From an uncultured Chloroflexia bacterium (GTDB lineage: Bacteria; Chloroflexota; Anaerolineae; CG2-30-64-16): a stretch of DNA of 64,000 nucleotides. The notes beneath the pieces were generated by a model. The model saw only the letters and a list, made by a program, of their open reading frames with translations, searched no databases and had not been told where the DNA came from. The stretch covers positions 75,144-139,143 of the forward strand of contig CAVZDU010000009.1 of NCBI GenBank assembly GCA_963774265.1. The letters run 5' to 3'. This document shows, piece by piece, positions 63,656-64,000 of the stretch. The position numbers and the translations under genes were made by a program. Each line of letters begins with the position of its first letter. Positions within the stretch are counted from its first letter, which is position 1.

Positions 63656-63997
63656 ATGAGAGAGTTCGATCATATCGGGCTGACGTCCGACGTCAAGCGC
63701 CCCGGCGAAATGTGGGTGGAAGCAACACGCGTCTGGGTGACCAGCCCGACCGACAGCCCGGACATGATTGAGTATCTGCGGTACGAACCGGACAGCCCGG
63801 TCACGGGTCCGCTGCGGACGGGGCCGCATCTCAGTTTTCGGGTCGAAGACCTGGACAAGGAGATCGAAGGAGCGGAAGTCCTCCTTGGCCCCTTCAAACC
63901 GAACGAATATCTGCGCGTCGTCTTCATCTATCGCGAAGGCGTCGTGTGGGAGTTCATGGAAAGCAGCGCGGGCAAGGACTGGCACAAGGACAACTGA
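63656..63997 (+). CDS. Small VOC/glyoxalase-fold protein
   Basis: FDHIGL...PHLSFRVEDLD...VWEFME. Confidence 0.65.
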   Translation: MREFDHIGLTSDVKRPGEMWVEATRVWVTSPTDSPDMIEYLRYEPDSPVTGPLRTGPHLSFRVEDLDKEIEGAEVLLGPFKPNEYLRVVFIYREGVVWEFMESSAGKDWHKDN

Positions 63998-64000
63998 GGA

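Noticed and set aside
1-64000. CRISPR array, rRNA or intact IS/transposase
   Set aside because: No repeat-spacer periodicity, rRNA-like segment or transposase motif was seen.

Overview
High-GC bacterial chromosomal segment. The gene styles suggest Chloroflexota/Anaerolineae (Ala/Pro-linker lipoproteins, secG-peptide SBP-tRNA-Leu order); this is inference only. Many single-base frameshifts in ordinary housekeeping genes (gpmA, pruA, secG, cydDC) point to uncorrected long-read indels, so split ORFs are reported as single genes. Contents: a leader-peptide/terminator attenuator, a RelE/Phd toxin-antitoxin pair, a GntR-SPFH operon, several sugar/polyol uptake and catabolism clusters, a CydD-CydC fusion and four tRNAs. 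Main highlights: (1) the initiator tRNA-fMet is interrupted by a 277-nt group I intron with a structured, ORF-less P1 extension; (2) an 11.3-kb defence island at tRNA-Met, bounded by 177-bp direct repeats and lacking an intact integrase, encodes a type I RM system with an HNH+DGQHK protein inserted between hsdR and hsdM, a Schlafen/AlbA_2-TPR protein and a membrane-anchored Mrr-like nuclease; (3) a family of short palindromic elements sits in frame inside protein genes; (4) a possible aminocyclitol/amino-sugar uptake and catabolism cluster.
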